From positions 124,001 through 157,300 of the forward strand of contig JAKLKB010000004.1 of the NCBI GenBank assembly GCA_023150835.1: a stretch of DNA of 33,300 nt, written 5' to 3'. Positions within the stretch are counted from its first letter, which is position 1. Each line of letters starts with the position of its first letter. Below, piece by piece: positions 1-10,167 of this stretch. Both the position numbers and the translations under genes were made by a program. This DNA is from Myxococcota bacterium. Lineage in GTDB: Bacteria; Myxococcota_C; UBA6777. The notes under the pieces were generated by a model. That model was given only the letters and a program-made list of their open reading frames with translations, was not told where the DNA came from and did no database searches.

Positions 1-1
1 C

Positions 2-379
2 TTTTACCCACAACTCATGTCTTTGTCTGAACCCGAACGAGATCTGTTATTACAAACCTTTTTGCTTCAATCCATCGAACCCAACGGAACCATCCTCCAA
101 CAAGGAGCCCCCTCTCCCGGCCTCTTTATCCCCGCCTACGGCGAAGCTCTGGTCTTTACCTCCCAAGGCGGGGCCATGCAAGTCTGGGTGGCCGAACTCC
201 CCGAAGGCGATATCTGCGGCGCACGCGCCTTTTGGCAACAAACCCCCTCCCCCTACACCATCCTCATGCCCGAAGGTGGCTTTGTCTTTCACCTCGGCTC
301 CCGCGAACTTCAACTCCTCCAACAACAAGCCCCCAACCTCTTCCACAAACTCTCCGAACTCCGACAACTCCCCTACTGA
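2..379 (+). CDS. Cyclic-nucleotide-binding (cNMP/CAP_ED) domain protein, probably the 3' part of a gene starting before the window
   Basis: Frame is open from the window edge (FYPQLMSLSE...). 'ILQQGAPSPGLFIPAYGEALV...VAELPEGDICG' fits the cNMP beta-roll pattern. Confidence 0.65.
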   Translation, partial: FYPQLMSLSEPERDLLLQTFLLQSIEPNGTILQQGAPSPGLFIPAYGEALVFTSQGGAMQVWVAELPEGDICGARAFWQQTPSPYTILMPEGGFVFHLGSRELQLLQQQAPNLFHKLSELRQLPY

Positions 380-502
380 GAGGACTTACGCAGTTCGATA
401 CGAAAAAGGCCCATGTTCGGGCGCGGGCGGTTCGCGAACCGCCCCTACAACGGGTTGATTCTTCACGCTTTCCCTTTTCAACTCCGACAACTCCCCTACT
501 GA
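357..502 (+). repeat. 23-bp direct repeat duplicating the 3' end and stop codon of the cNMP gene
   Basis: AACTCCGACAACTCCCCTACTGA occurs at 357-379 and 480-502, bracketing a MITE-B left end and a REP hairpin. Confidence 0.9.
381..450 (+). mobile_element. MITE-B left end (truncated) joined to a GTAG-type REP hairpin
   Basis: AGGACTTACGCAGTT at 381-395 matches the TIR at 11981. It is followed by the palindrome GGGCGGTTCGCGAACCGCCC plus CTAC (GTAG on the minus strand). Confidence 0.75.
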
Positions 503-615
503 TACGGGATCCGAAAGATCTGCGATCGTCGGATCGTGCGTAAACGCCCTGCTATCGGGCAGCCACTTGTGGCTGCACCTACCTCTTTACGATCACACAA
601 CGGGCGGATTTTGTA
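503..615 (+). mobile_element. MITE-A copy 1 (degenerate)
   Basis: TACGGGATCCG...GGGCAGCCACTTGTGGCTGCACCTAC...GATCACACAACGGGCGGATTTTGTA, inserted right after a TGA. Confidence 0.8.
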
Positions 616-640
616 GAACGCACCCTACACCTCCAAAGCT

Positions 641-1585
641 TCAGTCCGATGTATCCTGCTCCTGCAATGAAGTATCCGAATCTCCCGTCTCTTCGGACTT
701 TAACAAACGGTGCAGACTCAGATCCAAGCGGCTGCGGATCATCTCCATCAAGCTGTCGAATTCTTCTTGCGGCAGTTTTAGCCGCGCCAACAGCGCATCG
801 CGTGTGCGTGCAAGCAAGACCTCTCGCGCACGAGCGATCCGACGTGCAGCTGTCGCCCGATGGATGTGATAGATCGCCCCGATCTGATCGATCGAAAGAC
901 CTGCGATCAGGTTTTGCCGCAGCAGATTCCGCTCGCCGCTGCTCAACGATCGCATCGCCTCCTCGAAAGCTTCTTTGAACTGGTTTCGATACTCACGCTT
1001 CAAAAAGTCCAACTCGACATCGGTTTGCAGGTCAGGAGCGTTCATCAACCGATCATCGTCCGCCCCATGCTCGCGTTTTTGCTGCGCACCGCTACGCACA
1101 CAATCCAAAAAAGTCCGCGTGGCGGTCACCCGCAACCAACTGTGAAACGGCCCTTGTCCCGCATAATGCCGAATCCGCGCATCTCGCTGCGGTGTATCCA
1201 CAAATAACTTTTCGCGCAAGATCTGGAGCAGATCTTCTTCGGGATGTGCTTGACTCGCAAAACGCCTTGCGATCTGACGCACCATCGAAGCGTGTTGGCG
1301 CTCCAACATCTCGATGGCTTCGGCGTCTTGTTGGGTACAAGCAAAGGCAAGATACAGATCCGAAGCATACAACCGAGAAAACCACGCATCCAAGGGCATA
1401 TTCGACGCATGGCTCACATAACTCTGCGCCAAATGCCTCACAAACGCCGAAGAATCCATAAGGATCGTTGGCCAACATTGCTGCGCTTGCTGCATATGCC
1501 CTTGCAGGCGCGCTTCGAGATCAAAGATGGCTTGGGCTTGCTTGCCTAAGGTAGGACCGAGAGCTTGCACAAAGATTTCTTGCAT
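641..1585 (-). CDS. Sigma-70 family RNA polymerase sigma factor, Myxococcales family 1 (Sig-70_gmx1-like)
   Basis: Motifs DLYLAFAC, YAGQGPFHSWLRVTATR (region 2) and LSSGERNLLR...GLSIDQIGAIYHIHRATAARRI (region 4 HTH). ATG at 1585 has GGAG upstream. ORF track start is 1624. Confidence 0.85.
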   Translation of the reverse strand: MQEIFVQALGPTLGKQAQAIFDLEARLQGHMQQAQQCWPTILMDSSAFVRHLAQSYVSHASNMPLDAWFSRLYASDLYLAFACTQQDAEAIEMLERQHASMVRQIARRFASQAHPEEDLLQILREKLFVDTPQRDARIRHYAGQGPFHSWLRVTATRTFLDCVRSGAQQKREHGADDDRLMNAPDLQTDVELDFLKREYRNQFKEAFEEAMRSLSSGERNLLRQNLIAGLSIDQIGAIYHIHRATAARRIARAREVLLARTRDALLARLKLPQEEFDSLMEMIRSRLDLSLHRLLKSEETGDSDTSLQEQDTSD

Positions 1586-1637
1586 CCAATACTCCGAGAG
1601 ATCCGCGCAATACAAAACAACCACACCAAAACAGTCA

Positions 1638-1749
1638 TACGCGATCCGAGTGATGTGTACACAAAGGAGAGTACCTAGACGCCCGATTATAGGGCATCCC
1701 CCTGTGGCTACCCCTGCCTTTCACGATCGCACAACGGGCGGATCTCGTA
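1638..1749 (+). mobile_element. MITE-A copy 2 in the divergent sigma/kinase promoter region
   Basis: TIRs TACGCGATCCG / CGGATCTCGTA, with a perfect TCA...TCA 3-bp target duplication (1635-1637, 1750-1752). Confidence 0.85.
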
Positions 1750-1929
1750 TCACTCGCCAAACGCCGGGCACAGCGTTGCAAAAAAAACAGTCGCTCACGA
1801 AAGATGCGCCAGACGTCGTGTTGCGTTAAGATACCCCAGACCTTGCAGAAGCGAAAGATCGCAGCGCCAAACTCCACACCCTCGACGCTCGAAACGCTCG
1901 TTTCGCAAGATCCACACACGGAGGTCTGT

Positions 1930-3522
1930 ATGCCCGCACCAAAAAAGCCTTCGCTCCGACCTCTCGGACTCGAAAGCACAAACGAAGCCACGACCACACC
2001 ACAAGATCCACCCGCAACGCTCGAAACCACCGCATGGGGTGACTCGACCATGCGCGACGGCGAAACCGCCTCTGTCTTGCCCCCTCGCCAACAAGATCCA
2101 GACCTCACCTCACGAGATGCAGAATCCTCTGCTTCCCTTTGGACCGCAGCCTTGGGCGAACAAACCCTCCGCGAACAAGAAGAAACTTCCCGATCCTCTC
2201 GCCTCAAACGCAACGCAACCGACGCCTTGGGCGAACAAACCCTCCGCGAACAAGAAGAAACCCCATCCTCCCTGCTCTCTTTCTTCGATGCTGTGCCAAG
2301 ATCAGATTTAGCTCATATCTCTCCTTCCTTTAATTCTTTTTTTGATTCTTCTCCTATCCTTCAAATAATACAAGAAAAAAATACGAAATGCTCTTTTACA
2401 GATTGCCCAGACGAAAATCAATTCGTCGCGCTACTCCAAGGACAACTCAGCCCCCAAGAAGTCCAACACCTTGAAGAAGTGATGGATCGTTGCGTCTACT
2501 GCTCCGAACTGATGATCGAGATCGCACACACTCTGCAACCCCAAGAACCCCCTCCCGCACCTGAGCAACGCCCCCGCCAAATCGGGCGCTATCAACTCGA
2601 AAGGCTGCTTGGGGCGGGTGGGATGGGCGTTGTCTATGCCGCACAAGATCAAGAACTCCGACGCAAAGTCGCGATCAAACTCTTGCGCCCCGACGTCACC
2701 GATCCCGAACTACGCGAAGCCCACAAAGCAAGAATGATCCAAGAAGCCCGCCTATTGGCCTCTCTCTCTCACCCCCACATCCTCACCATCTACGAAGTCG
2801 GCACATGGAACGCACAGATCTTTCTCGCGATCCAATACGTCGATGGCGTCAACCTCCGCCAATGGCTCGACGACCACAATCCACCTTGGCACGAAGTCTT
2901 ACGTATGTTTTACGCCGTCGGCGAAGCCTTGATCGCCGCCCACGCCGCCGATATCATCCACCGTGATATCAAACCCGACAACATCCTCGTGTCTCGCAAC
3001 GGTAGCCTCTTCTTAACCGACTTCGGCCTCGCCCGTGTCTCCCAAACTACCCACCACTCGATCAGCGCTCTCCTCACCAAGTACCCCAACCTCGAAGAAC
3101 ACCGACTGACCGCTGTCGGAGACATCCTCGGTACTCCTGCTTATATGTCTCCCGAACATTTTCGTGGGCGCGGTGTAAGCAAACGCTCTGATCAATTTTC
3201 TTTTTGTGTCGCGCTCTACGAGGCATTGTACGGGATGCTTCCTTTTGGCGGTCACAACGTCCAGCAGATCATGGAAGCTGCCGAATCAGGCCGCCTCGAT
3301 ACACCTCGCCACTCCAGCGTCCCCCAAGCGATCTTTCGCGTCTTGCGCCGTGGACTACACCCCCTCCCTCGTGAACGTTTCGGCTCCATGCAAGAGCTAC
3401 TCGACGCCCTCCGCCAAGCCCAACATTCCACGCAGCAGCGCCGAAAGCTCCTTCCCATCGCCCTCATCGCGATCGTCTCCTTGCTCCTCTCCGCTGCTTT
3501 GTTTGCCTTCTTTCAGATCTGA
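1930..3522 (+). CDS. Hanks-type Ser/Thr protein kinase with an upstream zinc-finger-like (anti-sigma type) segment and one C-terminal TM helix
   Basis: GAGGMGVVY, VAIK, HRDIKPDN, DFG and GTPAYMSPE are all intact. CPDEN...CVYC lies upstream and the C-terminus is hydrophobic. ATG 1930 follows GGAGG (ORF track start 1804). Confidence 0.92.
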   Translation: MPAPKKPSLRPLGLESTNEATTTPQDPPATLETTAWGDSTMRDGETASVLPPRQQDPDLTSRDAESSASLWTAALGEQTLREQEETSRSSRLKRNATDALGEQTLREQEETPSSLLSFFDAVPRSDLAHISPSFNSFFDSSPILQIIQEKNTKCSFTDCPDENQFVALLQGQLSPQEVQHLEEVMDRCVYCSELMIEIAHTLQPQEPPPAPEQRPRQIGRYQLERLLGAGGMGVVYAAQDQELRRKVAIKLLRPDVTDPELREAHKARMIQEARLLASLSHPHILTIYEVGTWNAQIFLAIQYVDGVNLRQWLDDHNPPWHEVLRMFYAVGEALIAAHAADIIHRDIKPDNILVSRNGSLFLTDFGLARVSQTTHHSISALLTKYPNLEEHRLTAVGDILGTPAYMSPEHFRGRGVSKRSDQFSFCVALYEALYGMLPFGGHNVQQIMEAAESGRLDTPRHSSVPQAIFRVLRRGLHPLPRERFGSMQELLDALRQAQHSTQQRRKLLPIALIAIVSLLLSAALFAFFQI

Positions 3523-4700
3523 GTTCTTGTCTCGCCCCCCTTGCCGCTCTCTTGCGCCCCGCTCTCCCGCCAGATCCGCACGTCCTCAAACCCTGTCACC
3601 CACCACAACGGTTCTTCTCCGCCCATCGCTTGCGCACTCCCCTCGCGGATCGCTTGCGCACGCGCCGCGCACCACCGCCGATAATGCGCTCGCTGCTCTT
3701 CCCGTTCTGTGGCCTCCAGCGCATACGCAAAACGCAGGCTCACTCCACCCCCACGATGCTCGTCCGCACGACTCCGATACAACACCCGATCCAACGCCGC
3801 TCCCGCCCCCAGATGCAAGCGCAAGATCGCCAACGCTGGCGTACCATCCTCCCGACTGACCGAATGGATCACATACGGGATCATCCCCACAAAACTGGGC
3901 TCGGCCCATGAAAGCGCCGCTCCCGAAGCCCCTCCTTCCCAAAAGCTTTGTGCCTGCTCCACCAACCAAGGCAGCCCCTCCGCCGGTGACAACGTAAACA
4001 CCCTTGCCTCCGAAGAAAGCGCCTGTACCCATGACAACGCCGCTCCCACCAACTGCCGCCCAAGATCCATCCCTCGCGCTGCCTCGCTCACCGTCGCCGC
4101 GATCAGATGCCAAGCCCCGCCCATCGGGCGCGACGACCCCCGCCAATCCCCTCCCTCACAAGATTCCAACAAGTCATCAAAACGCTCCACAGGACGCGCT
4201 GACCACACACCCACGATCGCTCCCAACCATCCCAAATCCCCAACAGTCCGCTCTTTCAGCTCCTTCATCTTTCGCCCACCACCCGACGCCTCCTCTGCAA
4301 CAGCGCCTTCCTCTGCCTCCATCGCTTCCTCTGCAACAGCGCCTTCCTCTGCAACAGCGCCTTCCTCTGCAACAGCGCCTTCCTCCACCTCCGCTTGCGC
4401 CTTCTCTTCGCGTGCCACCAACAAAAACACCGGCCATCCGCCATCCGTTCGCAACAACGAAAACCACCGCGTCACCCCTGCCTCTGCCCAACTGCGATGA
4501 AGCTGCACAAAAGCCCGTCGCTCCGCCCCCTCTGTGTCCATCCTCTCCAACGGAACCTCCGCGATCTGAAGATTCGCCCCTATATTCCTTGCCGAAGCAT
4601 CACGCTGCCTCTGACCGCTTCCTACGGGGCTTTGCACCACATCGACAAAAGCGGGGGTATGTACCTTTTCTGTAGAAGTTGGTTTTGGAATCTTTCGCAT
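3513..4700 (-). CDS. GNAT-family acetyltransferase-like protein with an acidic repeat insert
   Basis: Motif A-like TVSEAARGMDLGRQLV and C-terminal LRLHLGAGA...RADEHRGGG. (EEGAVA)n is encoded by an 18-bp tandem repeat. ATG 4700 follows GGGAGG. Confidence 0.6.
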   Translation of the reverse strand: MRKIPKPTSTEKVHTPAFVDVVQSPVGSGQRQRDASARNIGANLQIAEVPLERMDTEGAERRAFVQLHRSWAEAGVTRWFSLLRTDGGWPVFLLVAREEKAQAEVEEGAVAEEGAVAEEGAVAEEAMEAEEGAVAEEASGGGRKMKELKERTVGDLGWLGAIVGVWSARPVERFDDLLESCEGGDWRGSSRPMGGAWHLIAATVSEAARGMDLGRQLVGAALSWVQALSSEARVFTLSPAEGLPWLVEQAQSFWEGGASGAALSWAEPSFVGMIPYVIHSVSREDGTPALAILRLHLGAGAALDRVLYRSRADEHRGGGVSLRFAYALEATEREEQRAHYRRWCAARAQAIREGSAQAMGGEEPLWWVTGFEDVRIWRESGAQESGKGGETRTQI

Positions 4701-4927
4701 CGCGGCCTCCCTTCTTGCTACACAGCGTAGCTGCCCCCACAAAGCTAAGAACCACAAGCACTTAGCGCAAGCTGCTTGCTTGCTCGCGCAACAATGCCCA
4801 CGCTTCCACCGTCCTCACAAAGACGCCCACGGCAGACAAGCACACGGCCCATCCGCACACACCCCAACACCCGCGCTTGACTCGCCGATACGCAGCCCAC
4901 AAATCCCCCCTATACCGAGGAAACAAG

Positions 4928-6034
4928 ATGTCCACGCCTGCCCCTGCTTTTCAAAAAGCCAAACAATGGCTGGGTTATCGAAAGATGCCCTCTCCTCTTG
5001 ACTCCACCGAAGCAATCCTCACCAAACGCCATCCTCTCCTTCATGGCTCTAGCGTCGTCGGCTACGGGGCGCTCTTGTATGCAGCCATCCATGACACAAA
5101 GTACGCCACAGGAGTTCTGCTGCTTCTGCTTTTTATGCTGATCACCTCCGTTCCGATGCTTTTGCGCAATTGGAAGATGCTTCTTTTGATCCTTGGGATC
5201 GTTGCCGTCTCTGCGACCTTTCCACCCCTCGCTCCCGTTTTCCTCATCGTTTTCGTTCTTTTTTATATGCGTAGATTGCTGATGGTTCTTACACATTGGC
5301 GACCTGTCCTCTCGGGTATGTTGCTCTATACGTCGGTGATCTTTGTGCAAGGGATCGCTGTGGTCACCGATTCCTCATCAAGTTCTCTTTTGGCGGACGC
5401 CGCCCGAACCCGCGCTGGTGTGGCCTTGTTTGTCGTCCCTTTCGGCGCTTTTTGCTTCCATCGTCTGCTTCACTGGCTGAACCGCCATCACTACAACACC
5501 CAAACCGCTCTTGCGGTGATGGGCGTCTTTCCCCTTTTGGTGCTGGCCCTTGTCATGCCCCTGTTCAAATTCGACCTTGGTATCGAGGTTCCCGAGATCC
5601 CTGCTGAAACCCCCGCAGGTGGCTTGGTTGCAGAAGGTAGTTTGGTTGCAGAAGGCACGCTCGCAGCACAATCCTCCACAGCAAACGTACTCGAAGCCTC
5701 GACCGCCCAACAAGCCACACTCGCAGCCCAATCCTCCGCCTCAAACGCACTCGAAGCCTCGACCGCCCAACAAGCCACACTCCAAGCCCAAGAAACCACC
5801 GTCCTCACGGGACTCAATAACGCAAAAACCGCCATCGCAACGTCCCATCCTGCCGCCGAAGACACCCATACATCGGTCGAAGACACCGATACATCCGCCA
5901 AAGAATCCGATACGACCGCCAAAGAATCCGATACGACCGCCAAAGAATCCGATACATCCGCCGAAGACACCGCCCTTGAGATCGCCGAAGAAGTCGCCGA
6001 CCAAGCCCTCAAATCCCAACGCCAAGATACTTAG
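4928..6034 (+). CDS. Multi-pass membrane protein with a low-complexity acidic C-terminal tail
   Basis: About 6-7 hydrophobic segments, then 60-bp and 21-bp in-frame repeats (LEASTAQQATL, AKESDTT). GAGGA lies before ATG 4928. Confidence 0.7.
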   Translation: MSTPAPAFQKAKQWLGYRKMPSPLDSTEAILTKRHPLLHGSSVVGYGALLYAAIHDTKYATGVLLLLLFMLITSVPMLLRNWKMLLLILGIVAVSATFPPLAPVFLIVFVLFYMRRLLMVLTHWRPVLSGMLLYTSVIFVQGIAVVTDSSSSSLLADAARTRAGVALFVVPFGAFCFHRLLHWLNRHHYNTQTALAVMGVFPLLVLALVMPLFKFDLGIEVPEIPAETPAGGLVAEGSLVAEGTLAAQSSTANVLEASTAQQATLAAQSSASNALEASTAQQATLQAQETTVLTGLNNAKTAIATSHPAAEDTHTSVEDTDTSAKESDTTAKESDTTAKESDTSAEDTALEIAEEVADQALKSQRQDT

Positions 6035-6411
6035 GGCATCTCCGCCAACAGACAGCGGAAGATATCAAGATAGCTCACCACTCCCAACAACTGCCGCGCC
6101 TCGTTGACGACAGGGATCGAACTGAGCTTGTTGTCCAACATGATCTGCATCACCTGTTTCAGCGATGCTTCGGGCGAGATCGTCACCGTTTGACCGCGCA
6201 TCAGATCACTCACCCACTCGTCCAGCTTGGCCTCCAGCCCCGCGCCATCGTCGTGGATATCCCGATCGCTCAGATACGCCACCAACTCGCCATCATGCAC
6301 CACAGGGATATGCCGAATCCCCGTTGAAAACATCCAATCCCGCACTTCGCGCAGACGATTGTTCACTTGGGCCGTCACAGGGGACGTCGTCATCACATCT
6401 CTTGCCAACAT
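6031..6411 (-). CDS. CBS-domain pair protein
   Basis: ARDVMTTSPVT...IRHIPVV and DLMRGQTVTISPEASL...SSIPVV...LLGVVSYLDI. AAGGAGG precedes ATG 6411. Confidence 0.92.
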   Translation of the reverse strand: MLARDVMTTSPVTAQVNNRLREVRDWMFSTGIRHIPVVHDGELVAYLSDRDIHDDGAGLEAKLDEWVSDLMRGQTVTISPEASLKQVMQIMLDNKLSSIPVVNEARQLLGVVSYLDIFRCLLAEMP

Positions 6412-6688
6412 CGCAACCTCCTTCGCTGGGTATCTTGTGCGCTGTGTTGTTTGCTCCAACACATACAGCGACGCACGATACTTTTATGTTACCGCTTTGC
6501 ACACCAACGCGACGCCTCACCATCAAGGGGGATGCTGATCGATGTCAAGAGAGCAGCCCTGATCCACATCCGGGCCTCTGGACAATCTCGGCTCGCTCCT
6601 CCTACACTCCGCCTGCTCTCGCACAAGCATCGCCTGCCTCGCCACAACACAGGGCAAGACTTTTTCCAAACATAAGGAGCGTGGTTGC

Positions 6689-7342
6689 ATGAAGATCGGG
6701 ATCTTTGGAACAGGAATGGTCGGACAAGCCATCGGTAGCAAACTTGTTTCTCTCGGACACAGCGTCAAGATGGGCAGTCGACAAGCAGGCAACGAAAAAG
6801 CCGTCGCATGGGTTCAACAAGCCGGTGCAGGCGCTTCAGAAGGCAGCTTTGCCGAGGCAGCGGCCTTTGGGGAGATGCTCTTTCACTGTGGACTCGGACA
6901 CGCCGCACTCGATATCCTCCATGCCGCAGGTGCTGACAACCTCAAAGGAAAGATCTTGGTGGATATCACGAACCCACTGGACTTTTCCAAAGGTATGCCA
7001 CCCACGCTCTTCGTCTCGGGCGACGACTCTCTTGGCGAACGCATCCAAGCCGCTTTTCCCCAAACCAAGGTCGTCAAGTCGCTCAATACCATCAGCAATC
7101 CCGTGATGATCGATCCCGCAAGACTCGGAGCGGATCACGATGTCTTTGTCAGCGGCAATGATGCCGATGCCAAGGCCCAAGTCACCGCGTTGCTCAAAAA
7201 CGGCTTCGGTTGGAAAAGCGTGATCGATCTCGGAGATATCACGACCGCACGCGGAACAGAATCTTATCTCTTGCTGTGGATTCGCCTCTGGGGATGCCTT
7301 GGTTCCGCCGATTTCAACATCAAGATCGTCAAACCCTCCTAA
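6689..7342 (+). CDS. NADP oxidoreductase, F420_oxidored (NADPH-dependent F420 reductase-like) family
   Basis: [12 protein letters not shown] Rossmann motif, [37 protein letters not shown]. Confidence 0.9.
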   Translation: MKIGIFGTGMVGQAIGSKLVSLGHSVKMGSRQAGNEKAVAWVQQAGAGASEGSFAEAAAFGEMLFHCGLGHAALDILHAAGADNLKGKILVDITNPLDFSKGMPPTLFVSGDDSLGERIQAAFPQTKVVKSLNTISNPVMIDPARLGADHDVFVSGNDADAKAQVTALLKNGFGWKSVIDLGDITTARGTESYLLLWIRLWGCLGSADFNIKIVKPS

Positions 7343-7399
7343 ATCCCCCGTCAAACCCGCCCACACCGCCCCGCACTCACCCACAGAAAGGTCTCCACG

Positions 7400-8233
7400 A
7401 TGTCATCCCACCGCACCGATACGCACTCTCCCTACCATCTCGTCCATCCCACCGCGCCGCTCCGACCGATCCTTGTGAGCGTCCCTCATTGTGGAACCGC
7501 TTTCCCTGACGATCTCCGCGATCTCTACCTGCCACAACACACCCAACATCCCGATGATACCGATTGGTTTGTTCATCAGCTATACGACTTTGCCCCAAGC
7601 ATCGGCATCACGCTACTTTATGCTCGCTACAGCCGCTATGTGATCGATATCAACCGCGACCCCGAAGGCAAGCCTCTTTACAACGATGGCCGCGTGATCA
7701 CAGAGCTTGTTCCCTCGCGCACGTTTGCTGATCAACCCCTCTATCTCGGCCCCCCCCCCGATCAACACGCCATCCAAGATCGAAAGATCCGCTACTTTGA
7801 GCCTTACCACCAACAGATCCGCCTCTTGCTCACACAGCTTCGGCAACAATTCCCTCGCGTCTTGTTGTGGGATGCCCATTCCATCCGCCGATACGTCCCC
7901 ACCATCCGCCCACAACCCTTCCCCGATCTGATCCTCGGTGACCAAGATGGAAAAACTGCAGCACCCGCCTTGATCGATCTCGCCCAAACACACCTCTCCA
8001 ACGGCCCCTACGCTCTCTCTCACAACGACCCCTTCAAAGGCGGCTACATCACCCGCCACTTTGGCCGCCCCGATCAATCTGTTCATGCCCTTCAATTGGA
8101 GATGGCCAAAACACTCTACATGGACGAAGACACCACCACCTACGATCCCACTCGCGCCCAAACCATCCGCCAGATCCTCCAAAACACACTGATCGTACTT
8201 GCCGATCTCCTTGAATCTTCCGTCACCTTGTAA
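7400..8233 (+). CDS. hutG: N-formylglutamate amidohydrolase/deformylase
   Basis: SVPHCGT, DTDW, SRYVIDINR, LWDAHSIR, PFKGGYITR, HALQLE. Adjacent to hutF. Confidence 0.92.
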   Translation: MSSHRTDTHSPYHLVHPTAPLRPILVSVPHCGTAFPDDLRDLYLPQHTQHPDDTDWFVHQLYDFAPSIGITLLYARYSRYVIDINRDPEGKPLYNDGRVITELVPSRTFADQPLYLGPPPDQHAIQDRKIRYFEPYHQQIRLLLTQLRQQFPRVLLWDAHSIRRYVPTIRPQPFPDLILGDQDGKTAAPALIDLAQTHLSNGPYALSHNDPFKGGYITRHFGRPDQSVHALQLEMAKTLYMDEDTTTYDPTRAQTIRQILQNTLIVLADLLESSVTL

Positions 8234-8245
8234 AGATCTTCTGAA

Positions 8246-8343
8246 TTGAGTCTTACGCCACCTTTTCACGATGTTTTGACTTGAGTCTTCCGCCACCTTT
8301 TTACGATGTTTTGACTTGAGTCTTCCACCACCTTTTCGCGATC
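8246..8343. repeat. 35-bp tandem repeat (~2.8 units)
   Basis: TTGAGTCTT(A/C)CGCCACCTTTT(C/T)ACGATGTTTTGAC units start at 8246, 8281 and 8316. Confidence 0.9.
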
Positions 8344-8394
8344 TTCTCGCGATCTGTTCGGGATCTTCTCACGCAATCGAAGCAAGGCCGTGAA

Positions 8395-8525
8395 CAAATA
8401 CCCCCGTGTTCGCGGCCCTTCAAGCGACAGCGCCGTTTGTTTGAAAAGCAACGCTGTCTTCGCCGATACGGGGTGAAGGGAGCCGCGCTCCCTTCTGGGG
8501 TATGGGCCAACACCCCATCAAACAA
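8395..8525 (+). repeat. MITE-B core copy (TIRs eroded)
   Basis: CCCGTGTTCGC...CAAGCGACAG...TTTGAAAA...GATACGGGGTGAAGGGAGCCGCGCTCCCTT...GGGGTATGGGCCAACACCCCAT aligns with 11980-12150. Confidence 0.8.
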
Positions 8526-8560
8526 ACCTCAACGGCATCCATCCTCGGCAAGAAAAATTA

Positions 8561-9952
8561 ATGGAGGTTTTTGTGTACTACCGCATCCTTCGTTTTGACG
8601 CCTTGTGGGACACCACTCAATGGATCACACCAGCCTACGTCGCCCTCGATAGCAAGGGCCTGATCGCCGCTGTGTCCACCACACCTGCATACGATCAACC
8701 TGCCGAACGCATCGCAGGTTTCGCATTGCCGGGCTACCACAACGCCCACTCCCATGCTTTCCAATACGCGATGGCCGGCCTTGCAGAGCATCTCCCCACC
8801 CACGCTCTTGAGGACGACTTTTGGACATGGCGTGAAGCCATGTATCGGCTTGCACTGACCGTCTCACCCGATGCGATGGAAGATATCGCCGCGATGCTTT
8901 ACGCGCAGATGGCGGCTTGTGGCTATACTTCGGTCGCAGAGTTCCACTACCTTCACCACGATACCAACGGCCATCCTTACGACAATAAGGCTGAGATGGG
9001 CCAGCGACTGATCGCTGCGGCCTCTCGCGCAGGCATCAAGATCACGCTGATACCGACGTTTTATCAGCGCGGAGGCTTCGGCAAACCCGCTCAACCTCAA
9101 CAACGCCGTTTTGTCTCCGCTTCCGTCGAAGACTTTTTCGATCTGCTTGAAAGCAGCCGAACAGCGGTCTCTTCTGCGGATCATGCACGCCTTGGCGTGG
9201 CTGTTCACTCTCTGCGCGCTGCCACCACCGAAGACACACGAACGATCTTTTCCCAAGCCGATCCGACGTTGATCCGCCACATCCACGCCGCCGAACAACA
9301 AAAAGAAGTCGACGATTGCCTTGCCCATCTCGGCGAAAGGCCCGTCGCTTGGCTACTTCGACATCTGCCTCTGGATGCGCGTTACCACTTGATCCACGCC
9401 ACACACATCCTCGATGATGAAGCCCGTGCGCTCGCCCAAAGCGGCGCTCACGTCGTGCTTTGCCCTTCCACCGAAGGCAACCTCGGGGATGGCTTTTTCC
9501 CACTACGCACCTTCATGGAAGCTGGTGGACGCTGGAGCATCGGCACGGACAGCCACATCGGGATCGATCTGTGCGAAGAACTCCGCTGGATGGATTATGT
9601 GCAGCGCCTTCGCCGCCAAAAACGCAACCGCCTCTGCATCCACGCAGACCAAGACAGCGGCCAGATCGCACTCCAACACGCCATCCAAAACGGACGCGCC
9701 GCCAACGGCCACACCGCACCGCCCTTTGCCATCGGCCAACCTCTCGATGCTGTGGTCTACGATGCCCACCATCCCCTCCTTGCAGCCGCCCCCTCCGAAC
9801 GTCGCCTCTCCACCATCGTTTACGCCTCCGATGCTTGCGCTCGCCTCGGAACGCTCGTCAACGGCCAATGGATCGTCCATCACCGACAGCATCGACACCA
9901 AGACGCCCTTCGCACCGCCTTTTTACGCACACTCCGCTCTCTCCAAGCCTAG
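8561..9952 (+). CDS. hutF: Formimidoylglutamate deiminase
   Basis: NAHSHAFQ, FWTWREAMY, VAEFHYLHHD, HSLRA, HIHAAEQ, LCPSTEGNLGDG, GTDSH. Confidence 0.95.
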   Translation: MEVFVYYRILRFDALWDTTQWITPAYVALDSKGLIAAVSTTPAYDQPAERIAGFALPGYHNAHSHAFQYAMAGLAEHLPTHALEDDFWTWREAMYRLALTVSPDAMEDIAAMLYAQMAACGYTSVAEFHYLHHDTNGHPYDNKAEMGQRLIAAASRAGIKITLIPTFYQRGGFGKPAQPQQRRFVSASVEDFFDLLESSRTAVSSADHARLGVAVHSLRAATTEDTRTIFSQADPTLIRHIHAAEQQKEVDDCLAHLGERPVAWLLRHLPLDARYHLIHATHILDDEARALAQSGAHVVLCPSTEGNLGDGFFPLRTFMEAGGRWSIGTDSHIGIDLCEELRWMDYVQRLRRQKRNRLCIHADQDSGQIALQHAIQNGRAANGHTAPPFAIGQPLDAVVYDAHHPLLAAAPSERRLSTIVYASDACARLGTLVNGQWIVHHRQHRHQDALRTAFLRTLRSLQA

Positions 9953-10167
9953 CCCCCCCGTCCAGAGAAAACGCCCACAAGCAGAGAGCGCCCGCAACCG
10001 CTTTGAGAAACGAAGGTCTAGACAAAGAGGCCCAAAGTCTGGCACAGATGAACCCCTCTTCAACCAACGGATGTTTTTGCGCAACAAAAGAACACAACGA
10101 CCTCGACGCAGACGCATCTTGGAGAGAGTGGTTTTTGTAAGGTAGGAAGATCGGAGAAAAAGAGCAG

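Noticed and set aside
8246-8343. 35-bp repeats as CRISPR repeats or iterons
   Set aside because: The units are head-to-tail without spacers, and there is no rep or cas gene.
10038-10056. Sigma54 promoter upstream of glpD (CTGGCAC)
   Set aside because: There is no TTGC at the -12 position.
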